Shown here piece by piece: positions 1 to 14,342 of a stretch of DNA of 64,000 bases; the first letter of the stretch is position 1; each line of letters opens with the position of its first letter. Origin of the DNA: Selaginella moellendorffii (Eukaryota > Plantae > Lycopodiophyta). Position numbers and translations under genes: made by a program. The notes below the pieces were generated by a model, which did no database searches, had not been told where the DNA came from, and saw only the letters and a program-made list of their open reading frames with translations. The stretch spans positions 724,774-788,773 of the forward strand of contig NW_003314264.1 of the NCBI RefSeq assembly GCF_000143415.4. The letters are read 5' to 3'.

Positions 1-3000
1 ACTCAATTTTATGTTGTATCGGTTGTGTGGGGGGTAACCCTGCCGGTAGCTCTTCCAGCATAGTATCTTGAAATTGGTTCAACACCTTCTGGATCACTAA
101 AGGTACTTCTTCTATTCCTGTCTTTTTGTCACTCCTCACTGAGAGTCACAAAAATACTGCCTTGGTTCCTTTAATGAGTTGTCCTTTAGTGGACATTAAG
201 TCCAAGCAAGAGTCTTTGGCCTTATATTGCCCTACCTTTAAATTCTGGGCCTCTACCCTGAATTGTTCTCCCTGGGCATTCGCTAGTACCACAAGATTCC
301 TACCTTGTCCATACAAGGCGACCATGAATCGATTGAACCAATCCATCCCAAAGATTACATCAAATCCCACCATGTCCAATACAGTGAAATCCATATCTAC
401 TTTTTATGTTCTTACTTCGACTCTTGCTTGTTGAAGTACCTCATTGGTGCTTTAACTACCTTGAACAAACTCTATAGTCCTTGGTTCACCCAGCCGTTGC
501 ACTATTAGTCCAGTTTGCTAGACTATGTCTGCAGCCACAAAATTATCCAAAACACTCGTGTTAATAAGGATCTTAACAAAGCTACCTCCAAGCTTCCTTC
601 GGAGGCCTAGTAAATGTCACGAACAACTCTCTACCAAAGTTACTTGTGTAATGAGTAACTTTGACCTAGGGATTGGATCACGTACCTTAGTTTAGATTTC
701 ACCCATCTTGATGGCTATATTTGCTCTGGCCTTCTTCGGGTAAAGACATTCCTTCGAACAATGTCATATGTTTCACCGCAATTGAAGCATATGTTGTTTC
801 CCACACTACTAGTAGACTTGACTTTCTTATCTATGGGTTTGTCCCTATTAGCTTGACTCCCCTACGTACTTGCTCGCTGGCCACCAGATTTACCTTTCTA
901 GAACCTTGAGGACTCATTCTTAGAGAAACTCTTTCTTTCCCATATATCCCTCTTAGTTTGGCTCCTTTGCTAAACATGGACCCCAGCCCCATTGTGTTCC
1001 CCTTTCGCAGGTTATCATTAAAATACACCTTAATAACTGCATTCAATACTTCCTTGTAGTTAGTCAGGTTCCAATGCATCACCTTTGCCTCGAGCCCAGG
1101 TTTGCAAGCTTGATATGAAGGCATGGAATGCATCCATATCACCCATATCCATGATAAGGATCCTCTTTGCCATGAATGTATTCACATACTCTTCAATAGT
1201 TCCCATCTGCTTTAGCCTACTCAGCTCATCCTTAGGTGTAGAGTAGCATTTGGAGGAACGTAAGTTGCATGGATCTTCACTTTCATCATTTCCCAAGTGG
1301 CCACCAATCCGTCGTTGACATCTATTATTCTCCACCAAGACATAGCATAATCTTCCAAGTATGGTTTAGCACATAGGACCTTCTCCGAGCTTGCTAACTG
1401 CAATGTTCGGAAATAATTCTCCATATCGTAAAACTAATCTTCCACCACTTTATAGTCATTCACTCTCTTGAAGACAAGTGGGGCTTTGGTTTGTATTTAG
1501 AAACTGCTTGAGAGACTTTTCACTTTCATTTGTTTGACCTTATTCGGTTCTACCTTCGTCTTTGACAAAGGGTCCACACCTTCTACACTACTAGCTTCTG
1601 CAGTCTTTTGCTTTTTCTTCCACTTTTTGTCATGCTTTAGCTTGCATATGAGGGTCTCCAATAGGGCATTGGTTTATATCCTATATCAATTGTCCTTTTA
1701 GAACATCCAATCGAGCCTTGGACAACTGAACCTTACCATCAGACTCTTGTTTGGAAGTTTCCTCATTGGAGTCTTCCCCATGCAAGGATTCCTCATTCAT
1801 ATCTTCTTGTTTGACAGAAGGCTCCAGCTTCAGAGGAGGTTCCATCTTCGCCTTGGTTCTTTTACACCCTACCTTAGCCATCTCCTAGAAATCTACCTCT
1901 ATCCTTCACTAAAACTGAGGAAAAGGTCTTGATACCAAATTATAAGTTATAAATTTTTCCTTTTCAATTTGCCAACCTACCTCATCTATCTGACCACCAC
2001 TGTATTGGCTTTAGTTAAGTTCCCTCGCTAAGGTTTTTGCATATTATACCAGTTTTTACTTGGTCCTACTTAGCTTCAGCAACTCACTACACGAGCAATG
2101 GAGTGTTAACCATTCATCCAAAAATTCCTAAATTGTCTTTCAATCCCCCTCCCTGGGTTAGACTGGATTTAAGGTTTGGGTATACTCCTTATAGGCACAA
2201 GCAGCCAGCACACTAAACCTTCAGGTTCTTAACATCCCTTAGTACAACAAAATTTGATTATAAAACCCTCTAAATCCCAAGCTTTGAGTGCAACACTTGC
2301 TTTAGGGCACTGGGGGGAAACACCGTGGTGTAATGGCCCGGTATAGGTACCTTTATTCCCCCATTTCCATCCCAAAGGGAAAGCCCAAGCCCCTAGGAAG
2401 GGGCAAGGACCAATAAGCTGTAAAGTACTCAAGTGGGGCACCACTCCACATGAGCTGGGAGCATCATAATCGGTTTCTCTATCAGGAGTGAGAGTTGCTC
2501 TTGAGCACTTCTTTGGGTGGCCCCTCAGGCACCACCCGAATCCATGCTCACTCCCACCCAAGGCTCCTAAACTCTAATTTCAACCTTAAATCAATTTGGA
2601 AGCACCACTGAAGAGTTCTTTCAAGACTAATTCTTGGACCTCCTTATCCCTATTATACTTTTGGAACCCCTTGCAGCTACACCCCCCCCCCCCCTTTAGG
2701 AAACATATGCTTTGGGTTTTCACCCCATGATCTGTATTAGTGTTTGGAATTAGTATTCGAACTTGGTCTCGGACTCGATCTTGGACTCAATTTTGAACTC
2801 GACCTCGGACTTGGTCTTGGACTCAATCTCGGACCCAACCTCGGATTCTATCTTGGACTTGGTCTCCAACTCGGTCTCGGAGTCAGTCTTAGACTTGATC
2901 TCGAACTCAATCTTAGACTCGGTCTCAAACTCGGTTTTAGAGTCAGTTTCGGAATCGATCTCGGACTCGGTCTCATTTGATAAACTCTTTATTATTTCGG

Positions 3001-3054
3001 TCGTGTTTTCAGAGATCTTTTAGCCTATCACACCTTAGGAGTCGGTTCCTTACA
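1..3054 (-). mobile_element. Degenerate Ty3/Gypsy retrotransposon, 5' part (LTR, PBS, gag, protease); continues beyond window start
   Basis: PBS-like TGGTATCA on the minus strand at about 1930-1940, next to a probable LTR (about 1941-3054, ends TTACA, contains CTCGGA-type repeats). Broken minus-strand ORFs have gag-like motifs (MENYF...AMSWW; LKQMGTIEEYV) and a protease C-terminal motif (FDVIFGMDWF). Confidence 0.8.
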
Positions 3055-3168
3055 CTCTTCTGGTCAAATATACATATGATGATTAGTTTCTTAGGCAAAG
3101 ACTAATAAAAGGAATCAATAGTCCTTTATCATGGTCTCCTACTATCATGGTAAAAATGAGAGAAGGTT

Positions 3169-3265
3169 AGTACTATTCAAACTTTAGATTACTTAATTTT
3201 AAGTATCATAAAACTTTTAACCAATTGGATTATTGTTCATGGCCCTTTCTTTGTATATTTAAGTT
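3169..3265 (-). repeat. Decayed Cassandra-type LTR fragment
   Basis: TAGTACTATTCAAAC...TTAACCAATTGG...CATGGCCCTTT resembles the TRIM LTR at 30621-30814. Confidence 0.5.
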
Positions 3266-3294
3266 TTAATATATATAGCATATATGGTTTTTAC

Positions 3295-3816
3295 CCAAGA
3301 TGATTTACCATAGGATAATCATAAAGTAGAACCTAAACTCTCTATGTGCCACGTGTCATATACCACATGTCTAAAGATAGCAAAGTGGAACCTGAGTTTC
3401 AAGGCCTTAGACCACTAAATGAAGGAGTGGAGCCAAACTCCTAAACATGGAGCCAAGAAGTGAAGGAATGGGAGCATGAAGCAACTCCCGAGCGTACAGC
3501 CCAAAGAATGAAGGGACAGGAGTATAGAGTGACTTGGGATAGTCCTAGGGCATCTAGCATACCAATGCTAGGACCAGTATGCAAAACTGAGCTAAACAGA
3601 ATTTGGCATTATTTCAGCATATCAATGGCCTAATGTGAAGATATGGGTACTCCACTAGTTACCATGGTGTGGAATTTGGGATTAAACCTAAGCCGGACGC
3701 AGAACAAACACAAGCATACAAGCAGGAGCTAAACTATGTTTAAGGTTGGTTAGCCATGCCTGAACCTACCCACTATCCCTATTATACATTTGGAACCCCC
3801 ATAACCTCCTCCCCCC
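3295..3816 (-). repeat. Older inverted partial LTR of the same family as 3817-4966
   Basis: Reverse complement of roughly 4405-4940 with many transitions. Confidence 0.75.
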
Positions 3817-6378
3817 TGTCGCGAATGTGACTTCGGGTATCGAAAGTTACCTGTCGGCTAGTCCTTACGGACACTCTTACCTTACTACCACGATGGTAGG
3901 AGGTCGGTATTGCTGGGCCCGTTATTAGTCTCTGCCTAAGCTAGTTGAGAAACTGGTCATCACATGTGCACTTAGACTGGAAGGGCACTAAGGAAGGAAA
4001 TCCTAAGTTGTCATTTAGTCAAGCAGACTTGACATGGTGATGAGAAACTCATGATGTTGGCTTGCACTTGCTAATGTTGGGAACCCCCGCGATATTGAGC
4101 TTGGTCCCTCAATATTGCTAGATGATAGCTTACCGTGTCTGCCAAACACCCTCGCTATCATGCCCTTAGCGTTAGTCTCAATTCGGTCCCAAATGCTATT
4201 TATGGAAAGTGTCCAGATTTGCTCATTTGGCATATCTACGGAATGTAGAGATCATTTTGAACACAATGGTGTTTGTCCCATGTCCAAATTCGCAATCTAG
4301 GGACATTCCATATTTAGTAAGTTTCGAGCTTGTCCCAGAGACTAACTCCTGATACTAAGGGAGGCTTGAGGTGAAAGCCCAAAGCGTGTGTTCCTCAAGG
4401 GGGGGGGGGCTATGGGGGGTTCCAAATGTATAGTAGGGATAGTGGGTAGGTCGGGTATGGCTGACCAACCTGAGGCATAGTCTAGCTCCCGCTTGCGTGC
4501 CTGTCCTTGTTCTGCGTCCGGCTTGGGTCTAAGCCCAAGTTCCATTCCATGCTAGCTGGTGGAGTACCCATACTCTCACGTTAGGCCACCGGTATGCCGA
4601 AATAGCGCCAGACTCCGTTTGGCTCCGTTTTGCGTGCTGGTCCTGGCATTGGGATGCTGGTTGCTTCAGGACTGTTCCAAGTCGCTTCAGGCCCCTGTCC
4701 CTTCGCTCCATGGGCTTTATGCTTGGGAGTTGCTCCATGGTCCGGTTCCATCACTCCTTGGCTCCACGCTTGGGAGTTTGGCACTGTTCCTTCGTTCAGT
4801 GGCCCAAGGCCCTGAACCTCGGGTTCCTATGGACACGTGGCATGGACACATGGCATGTGACACATGGCATCTGTCACGTGGCACAAAGAGGGTTTAGGTT
4901 CCGCTTCGTGGTGTTATCCTATGGTAAATCACCATAGGATAAAGGGTCAAAACCACGTGTGCTACATTTGGTATCAGAGAGAGAGTCTTAGCGAGTACTA
5001 TTCAATGAGATTGGGCAACTAGTCTCGTTGCATACGCAGAGATGAAAACAATGATCCAAGTGGGTACACGTTTTGGTGCAAAGGCTTCACAATTGTTCCT
5101 TGGGTATGAAATTTGGTTACCTTTTTGTTCCATATTATGTGAGCTTGCTCTTGGGCTCATAGGGTGGACTGAGTTGTTCCGTTTACACGAGTTTGCTCTT
5201 GGGCTCGTGAGTGAGGCACATTAGCAACTCGAAATTATACTTTGAGTTGGCAGGATTAATGTAAGCCAATTGATGGTTCTTGTGGTTCTGTAAGTTGTTC
5301 CATGTACCATGGGTGAAAGCAAACCTCCTTGGGTTTGCTATGAGTGGCAAATAGGCTGGTCTGTAGCTGTTTAGCACGGCACTAATGGGTCCTTCCTAGG
5401 CATGATTATAAGTGGAACAATTAAGACTATAAGGATTAGTCTATTGGTTCAAGTAATCATTGCCGTGCTCTCTCATAAACTTTTCTTGGATAGAACTGAA
5501 GGCAGTGTGAATGCACGCTTGAGGTTTAGTCAAAGATAAGACCGGAAAGAGAGTCATCGGGGACGAAGGATCATACACGTAAATCATCTTCTCTTCTTGG
5601 AGAGATGATTTGCAATGAGGTGTGACTTATTGCTCATATTCACATTATGCAATCAAGAGTCCCTATCTTGATGCATGTTAGAGATGGTGGTCTTACAATG
5701 GTGAGTTATGGGATGGATAGCGGTGAAGTGCTAATCCATTTTGTCTAGGCTTGCTATTAGAAGATTTGGGTTGCAATGCTCAATTTTTTTCCGGGGAACT
5801 TTGCTATTGCTCCTTGAGTAGCTTGGTGTTGGATTAGTTTTGAGTTTGGTCAGATAGAGAGTGGCATGAGTTTGTCTGTGTTGTGAACAAAAGTTGGTGG
5901 TATTTAGTGTTATAAATCTCTATCAGTGGAGTGTGGCATTTATGTTGCATTTTATTGAATCGAGTTGACACTTGATGCTTACATAAACCTTTGTAGTAGT
6001 GACATGGGTGATGCTTGTAGTGTTGCTCGATTGATGATCAAGTCATTGTGATTAATATCATATCCATGTGATAGTGAGCAATGTGTTTACGAGGTTGCTT
6101 GGTTAAACGATGATCAACCCCAAAGTGGTTGATGGAGAAGTTAGTCTACTTGCACGAAGTAGCATTGTAGTAGCTTTGACTGGATTCTCAATGGTGGTCC
6201 ATTATGCTAAGCTTAAGTTGGTACCTTGTTTCCTTGAGGGTTTGCCCATAAGGTGTTGGGAATGGGTTGTAGCATTCATTTGCTATAGCTCATCTGTTGA
6301 TCCGTTAGCACTTGGAGTAAATTATTGGATGGAGAAGGTGTGAGGTTGATGCATTGACATCGCTAGCACTTGTCTTAG

Positions 6379-8950
6379 TGGAAGTGGCATTGTTGTTCGA
6401 GTGATGAGGAAGCCTCCTTAGACCTTGATTTTCCATGTCATTTTTCTTGTTAGTGTTTTGGCTTCACATTGGATCTTGAAGGTGATTGAAGAAGAGTGTT
6501 AGTGCAATGTGGATATATGAAGATGTGGTCTTCGTGATCAAGCCTTGGATGTTCATTTTGCATTTTGTGGATGTCGAAGTTAGATATCGGAAATATGGGC
6601 AAAAAGATGTTCAATGCTTAAGCATATTATGGATCATAAGAATCTGTGTTGAGGGGAATCTATGTGAAGTTGTTAGTAGGAAGAAGTTGGTTGAGTCTTG
6701 AAAGTTTGTATTCCTGGACTGAGAGTCATTCTTTCTCTGGGATGGAAAATTTTCCACAAATTTTCTTAGACTTCTCCAATGGCTGATCTGTTGGTCACTT
6801 TGCCGAAAACCATTTCGTTTTCGTAAGCCAGTACAAACTCGTGAAGGGGTTGGAGTTGACTTTAGTTAACTTAGACCTTGGTAGGTAGTTTGTATGATGC
6901 GATCCGAAAGGGATGCTAACTTTTGAGGCTAAGGCAATTAAGTTGGATAGAGTCTAGAGTTGGTATAGAAAAGTGGCCGTTGCGCTTTTCTAAGAAGGGT
7001 GACCCTTGTGCCTTTCTTTTGTAGCGTTGTGCTTGGTGGTACGTTGCACCTTGCATTATGTTAAACTCTATGAGAGTAGTGAGCTCTCACTAATCTTGAC
7101 TTAGTCTTGGTAGCCTTGCGCCATGGTTGAGGATGATGATGTCCAACTTAGTTGTTTGAGATTGAGATGTTAGTACCCGTACTATAGCTTTGTCTATGAG
7201 GAGGTTGTGTACCAATATGAGTCCATCTCATGGTCTTCACTTTAATTTCAACTGAGTGTTGATCATGCATAGCTAGCCTCTTCAAGGCATGCTTAGAGCT
7301 AAGTGGCTAAATGTTTTAGTGAGTTTATTGCGGTTGAGTTGGATTCGAGTGGTCATTTAGTTTGTGCTTGTCTATGAACTCTTATCTCGTACCTGGGGTA
7401 TTATGTTCATGTTGGACAAGTATATAACTTGATGACAAGAGTTGGTGTTTAGGTCTTGTGAAGGCAAGTTGAGGAGTGAGTGTTAGTTGCTTTGCAACTA
7501 GTGATTGCTTGTTGACTTTGTTAAGGATTGTTGACATTTGCTTTGCTCGATGATGATTCAGCAGTGATGGGCTTGCTTTATCGAATGGTGTTGCGGAGGA
7601 TCGTGTCGTTAGACTTACATGAGTTTTTCATGTTGATATATCGACTCTACCTCTGTTGATATCATTGGGTTACATTTAGCCTGTAGTGTTGGATTTCATT
7701 GAGTCTTAGACATGGTGATTCACTCCTTGATGATGTGTTATCTGAAACTGAGTTTTGTTGAAGGATTGGTCTCAGATACTAAGTATAGTATCTTCGACTT
7801 TGGTTAGCTTGGTTGCTGGAAAGCTCCGAGTGGTGATTCACTCGTGCTTTTTTCTAACTTTGTCCTGGTGTTGATGGCATTGAAGTGATGCCTTGTCATT
7901 GACATTGTTGATATTGAGAGTTGAGTGAAATGAGATGTCTTTCCTTAGGATTGATATTGAGTTTCATTAGTCTTGATGAAAAGTGTTGATGATTTGGTTA
8001 TGGCTTGTGTTATTAGCATTGGTGCATTTGCTAGTTAGCAACTGTGTTGACGTTCAAATGACCTGAGTGGCAAGTTGAGTTAGTTGTGTTCTAGACGAGA
8101 TTGTTTAGTAGGGGTTGAGCTTTAGCTTTTCCTTGAAAAGTGATTTAGTCGTGAACTATGCTAACTTCCTGAGAGGAAGAATTAGTGTTCGATATTAAAT
8201 TATTTGAGTCCTTATTGGATTTCAGTTGGGGTATATCGATCATTGATGATTTTTCTTATGCTTGTTATGAGGTGAGTTACGTCTTGCTATAGATGGATTC
8301 ATGGAGGATCGTTTAGTGATCACTTATTGGGCATAGCTCCATTGTGCTTAGCTTTTAGATTGATGCAGACATGCTCTTCATTAGCTTTAGCATTATGAAG
8401 TTTGGCTTATGGATGTGTTAAGGAAGATATTGTGAGTTGCATTACGATTTCTTCTTTAGCATTGAAGTTAGCTTCTATGAGACTCATGATCATTATTACG
8501 CAAGACTTAGATATAGGCTTCTTCGAACTTTTGGTTCCTTGAGTTTTCATGCTCATTGTTCCATTTGTTAGAAGTTGTTGGGGAAGGCATTTTGGCTCCT
8601 AGCTTCGATGTTGAAGTTAGTAGTTGCATCTAGCAATCATTATTAATGATTGACTATCATCTAGGATGATTGATTATCATTGTTAAAGGTTTTGCTTGAT
8701 TATTGTTGGTATAGAATGATTTGCTATTCTTCGGGATGGTGGATTCCTTCTTAGATGATGATTCTGCATATCTCCTTTTGATAGGATGATCGATGATCTT
8801 TCATGATGGAAGTGGCATTGTTGTTCGAGTGATGAGGAATCCTCCTTAGACCTTGATTTTCCATGTCATTTTTTGTTAGTGTTTTGGCTTCACATTGGAT
8901 CTTGAAGGTGATTGAAGAAGAGTGTTAGTGCAATGTGGATATCTGAAGAT
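6379..8950 (+). repeat. Internal direct duplication of about 145 bp (6379-6523 and 8807-8950)
   Basis: TGGAAGTGGCATTGTTGTTCGAGTGATGAGGAA...GAAGATG is present twice, nearly identical. Confidence 0.85.
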
Positions 8951-11900
8951 GCGTTTGTTTGCTTTGCAACATTTATTTTGTTCTGTTGATTATTGCTCGA
9001 GTTAGTTCTCATAGATTAGGATGTTATTTCCTTTGGGTGATACATTCGCGAGCATTGTGCTTGTTAGTCAATGATAATTTGTGTTCTTTGAGTTGTGTTT
9101 TGTGAGTTGTTTAGCATGCTATCTACCATTTTCGGTAGTTCAGTTTTATCATTGAGTTTACTTGATGATATACTTGCTATTGAATTTTGTTAGATGGTGA
9201 ATCCTATGTTTTCCAATGATAGTGGTCTTGGTGGTTCCTATACTATAATACTAGTTTATCGGATGATAACTTACTTGGAATACTATTGTGTTCTAATATA
9301 AGATTTAATCACTAATAATACGATCTTTGAGTTTGGGCCAGTATAGGCAGACTGGCTTCGGCACTTCGTGTGCATGTTGAAATCTCTAGTCATGGGATAA
9401 CTACTATCGACTGGTCATATCACCCGCCTCTCTGTCGATGTTCCTTATTCCGTGAAAGGGCGTGACCGTGTAAACAACTCTAACTGCCTGTTGATAGTAG
9501 TCTATCTAAACCTTACCGACGGGTTTGGTTTCTTTGCTCAGGAGGGTTGGGGCCTCTGGCTTCTCTCTCTATGTCCCTGCGGGCAGGGCATATCACACTT
9601 TTGTAAGCTGGGTGACTCCCAGAGTAGCAGGGAGTTACCTGTCGGCTAGTTACGGACACTCTTACCTTACTACCACGATGGTAGGAGGTCGGTATTGCTG
9701 GGCCCGTTATTAGTCTCTGCCTAAGCTAGTTGAGAAACTGGTCATCACATGTGCACTTAGACCAGAAGGGCACTAAGGAAGGAAATCCTAAGTTGTCATC
9801 TAGTCAAGCAGACTTGACACGGTGATGAGAAACTCATGATGTTGGCTTGCACTTGCTAGTGTTGGGAACCCCCGCGATATTGAGCTTGGTCCCTCAATAT
9901 TGCTAGATGATAGCTTACCGTGTCTGCCAAACACCCTCGCTATCATGCCCTTAGCATTAGTCTCAATTCGGTCCCAAATGCTATTTATGGAAAGTGTCCA
10001 GATTTGCTCATTTGGCATATCTACGGAATGTAGAGATCATCCTGAACACAATGGTGTTTGTCCCATGTCCAAATTCGCAATCTAGGGACATTCCATATTT
10101 AGTAAGTTTCGAGCTTGTCCCAAAGACTAACTCCTAATACTAAGGGAGGCTTGGGGTGAAAGCCCAAAGCGTGTGTTCCTCAAGGGGGGGGGGGGGGGAG
10201 GGGGGGCTATGGGGGGTTCCAAATGTATAGTAGGGATAGTGGGTAGGTTGGGTATGGCTAACCAACCTGAGGCATAGTTTAGCTCTCGCTTGCGTGCCTG
10301 TCCTTGTTCTGCATCCGGCTTGGGTCTAAGCCCAAGTTCCATTCCATGCTAGCTGGTGGAGTACCCATACTCTCACATTAGGCCACCGGTATGCCGAAAT
10401 AGCGCCAGACTCCGTTTGGCTCCGTTTTGCATGTTGGTCTTGGCATTGGGATGCTGGTTGCTTCAGGACTGTTCCAAGTCGCTCCAGGCCCCTGTCCCTT
10501 CGCTCATTGGGCTTTATGCTCGGGAGTTGCTCCGTGGTCCGGTTCCATCACTCCTTGGCTCCACGCTTGGGAGTTTGGCACCGTTCCTTCGTTCAGTGGC
10601 CCAAGGCCCTGAACCTCGGGTTCCTATGGACACGTGGCATGGACACGTGGCATGTGACACGTGGCATCTGTCACGTGGCACAAAGAGGGTTTAGGTTCCG
10701 CTTCGTGGTGTTATCCTATGGTAAATCACTATAGAAGCTCTATTTCGTTAAAGTGGGATTTATTCAGTAAAATGGGACTAGGTACAAATTTTCAAGTATT
10801 TGAAAATGACGTGAAATTATATGTTTTTTGTCCAGGGGCTAGACATATCTGGGGCGTGGTGACTAGCGCGGTGACTTTGTGTCCAGACTGAGTCCATCTG
10901 GTTGTATAATAAATGTCATTGTCAAGGTGAACAAGCCGAATCTGAAGCTAAAGAAGAGCGATGGCATGCGCGCACACACTATTTGTTTGTTCATTGAGCG
11001 TGTGGTGAGCTTTCCAAGATGAACGTCATTCCTATTAGCCAGACATATAACTTAATGGTGAGAACATTTAGATATTATTCAATGTTATCTTTTTCTAACG
11101 AATCTAATTGTGAAGGTGTAGCAAGAGGCATTGCTAGTCTGGAGAAGTCATTTAACTCATTTGACCCTTAGTGTATTTTCATGAAACTAAATAACATTCA
11201 TATTATTAAGGAAATTCTCTAGTACCTTTTTTTTACGACATAAAGGCTTGCATTTCTTTCAAAGGTGATTTAGTAAAAGGCCTGAGGGCACATGCCATTC
11301 TATTTCTCAGACCGGTATTAAGATATACTAGTGCAAAGGGAAAAAGGTATTTGGTGATCAAGTAAATGGCATGAGGGCACACGCCATTATAAGCCTAAGC
11401 ACTAGTGGACACCTCCTTTTTGGTACTCTCAGCGGTACTATCATCCTTCTCCGGGTCAGTTGTTTTGCTTTGGATTGTTGTCTCTGACGTTACTGGGGCG
11501 TTCTCGATAGTTGTTAATGTTGCCGTTTGTTCAGAAAAATGATCACCTGGAGTATAGTATGGGGAGTTTGGAAAACTTATATATTCTACATCTTCACCTA
11601 TTTCCTTCTCCGTCTCCTTTTCTGCCTCACTTACAGATTTTGTGATTGCCATGAGAACGCTCTTCACCCTAAAATATGGAGTTTGTTGTGTTATAAAAGG
11701 AAACCAACACACACGCTGCAAGGGAATGATGGTACATAAAGCACGTAAGCCCACAATATGGGTTTATGTGCCATTAATATGGGCCACACGCCATATTATT
11801 AGATTTATGCACGTGTGATTGGTAAATGCATATGTCACATCATCTTTGTTTTACCTCACACACTATATCAGGCCTAATGAACCATATCACATGTGCGCAC

Positions 11901-14342
11901 ATGCTATATATATGGAGAAGTATTATGCAAGGATAGAAAAATTCAATGCATGATTGTGGAGAGCAATGGCATGAAGCCACATGCTAAATAACATTTTAGA
12001 GAAAGAATTAAAATAGAAACATGCAAACAGTACTGAGTGGACCAAGACTTAGAAGTGCACAATTGAATGAGGTATTTCTAATAAATATTTCACTCACCTC
12101 ATATAGGAATGGCTACCACTCTCAAATGGCGTATCGCCTCATGCCATCACCTCGCAATTTGTTATAACAATCCGATGAATTCATATTCAACTTGTTCACC
12201 TTGAACTTTAAGTAAGATTTGCTAGAACAACTAAGAATTTATACTTGTTATTTGTATCATCTCACCTAGGAATGGCGTAAGGCCACATGCCATCACGCCT
12301 CCTCTGATTGCCTTGAAACATAAAATCTAGAAAGAAAATGACCTTTGTATGACCCAAAACAAAATCATGTTTTTCCTCAACAAGCTGAAAAAAAAATTGG
12401 AGATTCGGATTGTTCACCTTGAAATAAAATACATTAGAAACTTAGTAAAGGAATATTAATGAATCTCACCTTGAACCCAGGTTATGAATGCTCTTGCTGC
12501 ATCTCTTGCATGGTCTGGCAAGGTGATGGTGGCACTCTGCTTCCGCATCCAACCATGCACAACATTATCCACCGATATGCTCATGTTGGGATCCCTTGGA
12601 TTCAGCACCCATCTCTTTTCTAGGCAATCCTTCGTATATCCGGAACTTGGCTTGAACCACTCCACAGTTACATTGAAGGAGTTAGTTTCTGCGTCCTCCT
12701 CTGCATCAGTGATGCAGCGCCCCACCCATATCATTTGTTTTTTATTACTGGGTCTGACAAGCACGACCATTCCTTTGCAGACCTGTACTGGATTGAATGC
12801 TGAATCCGGCTTCTTGTTCCTCGGCCCACAATAGTGATCCTCAACATCGTTATCTGTCACTGCATTTCCAGAGGACATTGTTCCGCTACTATCTGGTGCT
12901 CTAGGTTCTGGCCAAAAGGACTCTTCCAATTCTTCATATACAACCGGCCCATTTTGGATAGCAGATATAATCTTCTCCCAGTATTCGAGCAAAGGCTTGC
13001 ACCTCTGAAAATAGGATTCTCCACCAAACACCAACCCCCTCTTCCAGAAGGCAATATGCTGTCTAATCCCGGCCACTATACTTTCCTGGTCTTTGAGTCC
13101 ATCCGGGTGCCGTGGGGAACCCTGAGGAATCATAGGTTCCCCAGTTATGGGATCTCTCTTGAAGAGTTCAATGCTGTCCACTGGCAGCCACACTGTGTCC
13201 CATTCTCTCATCTTGTACCTCATCACTGGAGCACCGTCACGCATGTTGAAATGAAACTGAAGAGGCTTGGAGTGGCCAATCAGCGTTTCGGATCCGTCCC
13301 TGATGTAGCCTCTTACAAACCCCTTAAAGTCTGGAACCTCTGTCACAACTGTAGCTTCAACAGTGCCTTTGATGCAATTTTGGAATTCATCGTAGAGTTG
13401 TGGGAGGGTGAGGACATTGGATCGCCAGAGGGACTCTGCCAGGTGACTGAACATGGCATCGACGTCTTCATGAGTGTGCCCAACCATGAGAAAGCCAAGT
13501 GTAACCGTTTCAAATATGCCTTTGGCAACAAGCATCGCCAAGTATGCGAAGACGTACATGTTTTTGTTCTCACTGCCAGCATTGTCTGTTTGGAGCAGAA
13601 GATGGGGTGGAAGGCCACATCGGCCGCAAGAACTTCCTTGAGATTCTACTTCGTTTGGATGAGGCTGTGCATTCACTGGGCAGTCAGCCTCGTCGGAATG
13701 GCATGAGGCCTCACGTGATAACCCTACAAGCTGACGGCCAACATATTCACTGGGATGGCATGGGGCCCCACGCGATACTGCAAGCCTTTGCTCCTCCTCC
13801 AGCTGAACCCTGTATGGGGTTCGACCGACAAGGGCCTTATGCAAGGGTTGGCCATTCAGCTCAGTCTGCGCACTTTGCAGAGACCTTAAGTGTTTTGCTA
13901 GGGACGCAATCATCATGTTTGCACCCTCGCCACCCCATAGAGGTACAAAGAAGTTCCCATAGTTTTGGGCACCATGCCCATGAGCGATTATGCCAAACAG
14001 AGACACAGGCAGCTGCATGGATGAAGAGATTGCCTTGGGGGCAGGATTGAGTCGAGGTAAGCACGTCTTTTTCTGGTCCATTTTGTCGTGGATGATGCAG
14101 AGGTAAGAGTCAGGTCTCTCCATGGAGAGAATCCTGTTATGATAATATGCAGTCCTGCAGCTTCTCTGCTCGATGTTGTGGTCGAGCCGCCTTCTAACCA
14201 ACGTCTCTCGCTCTTGAGCGCTGCAAGAATTCTTCGACAAAGCCATTTTGATAGCAGTGCACTCGTCACACTTTGAAAAGCTGGAGTACTTTCCTATACT
14301 CACATCCCTGAACCTGTTGCTCCACAATCTACTAAATCTAGA

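Noticed and set aside
4015-4937. ORFs conserved between 4-5 kb and 9.8-10.7 kb
   Set aside because: Conservation simply reflects the two LTRs of one element.
12834-13706. 290-aa plus-strand ORF, and similar ORFs at 20922-21575, 39985-40593 and 53581-54375
   Set aside because: Antisense shadows of real coding regions with no recognisable motifs.
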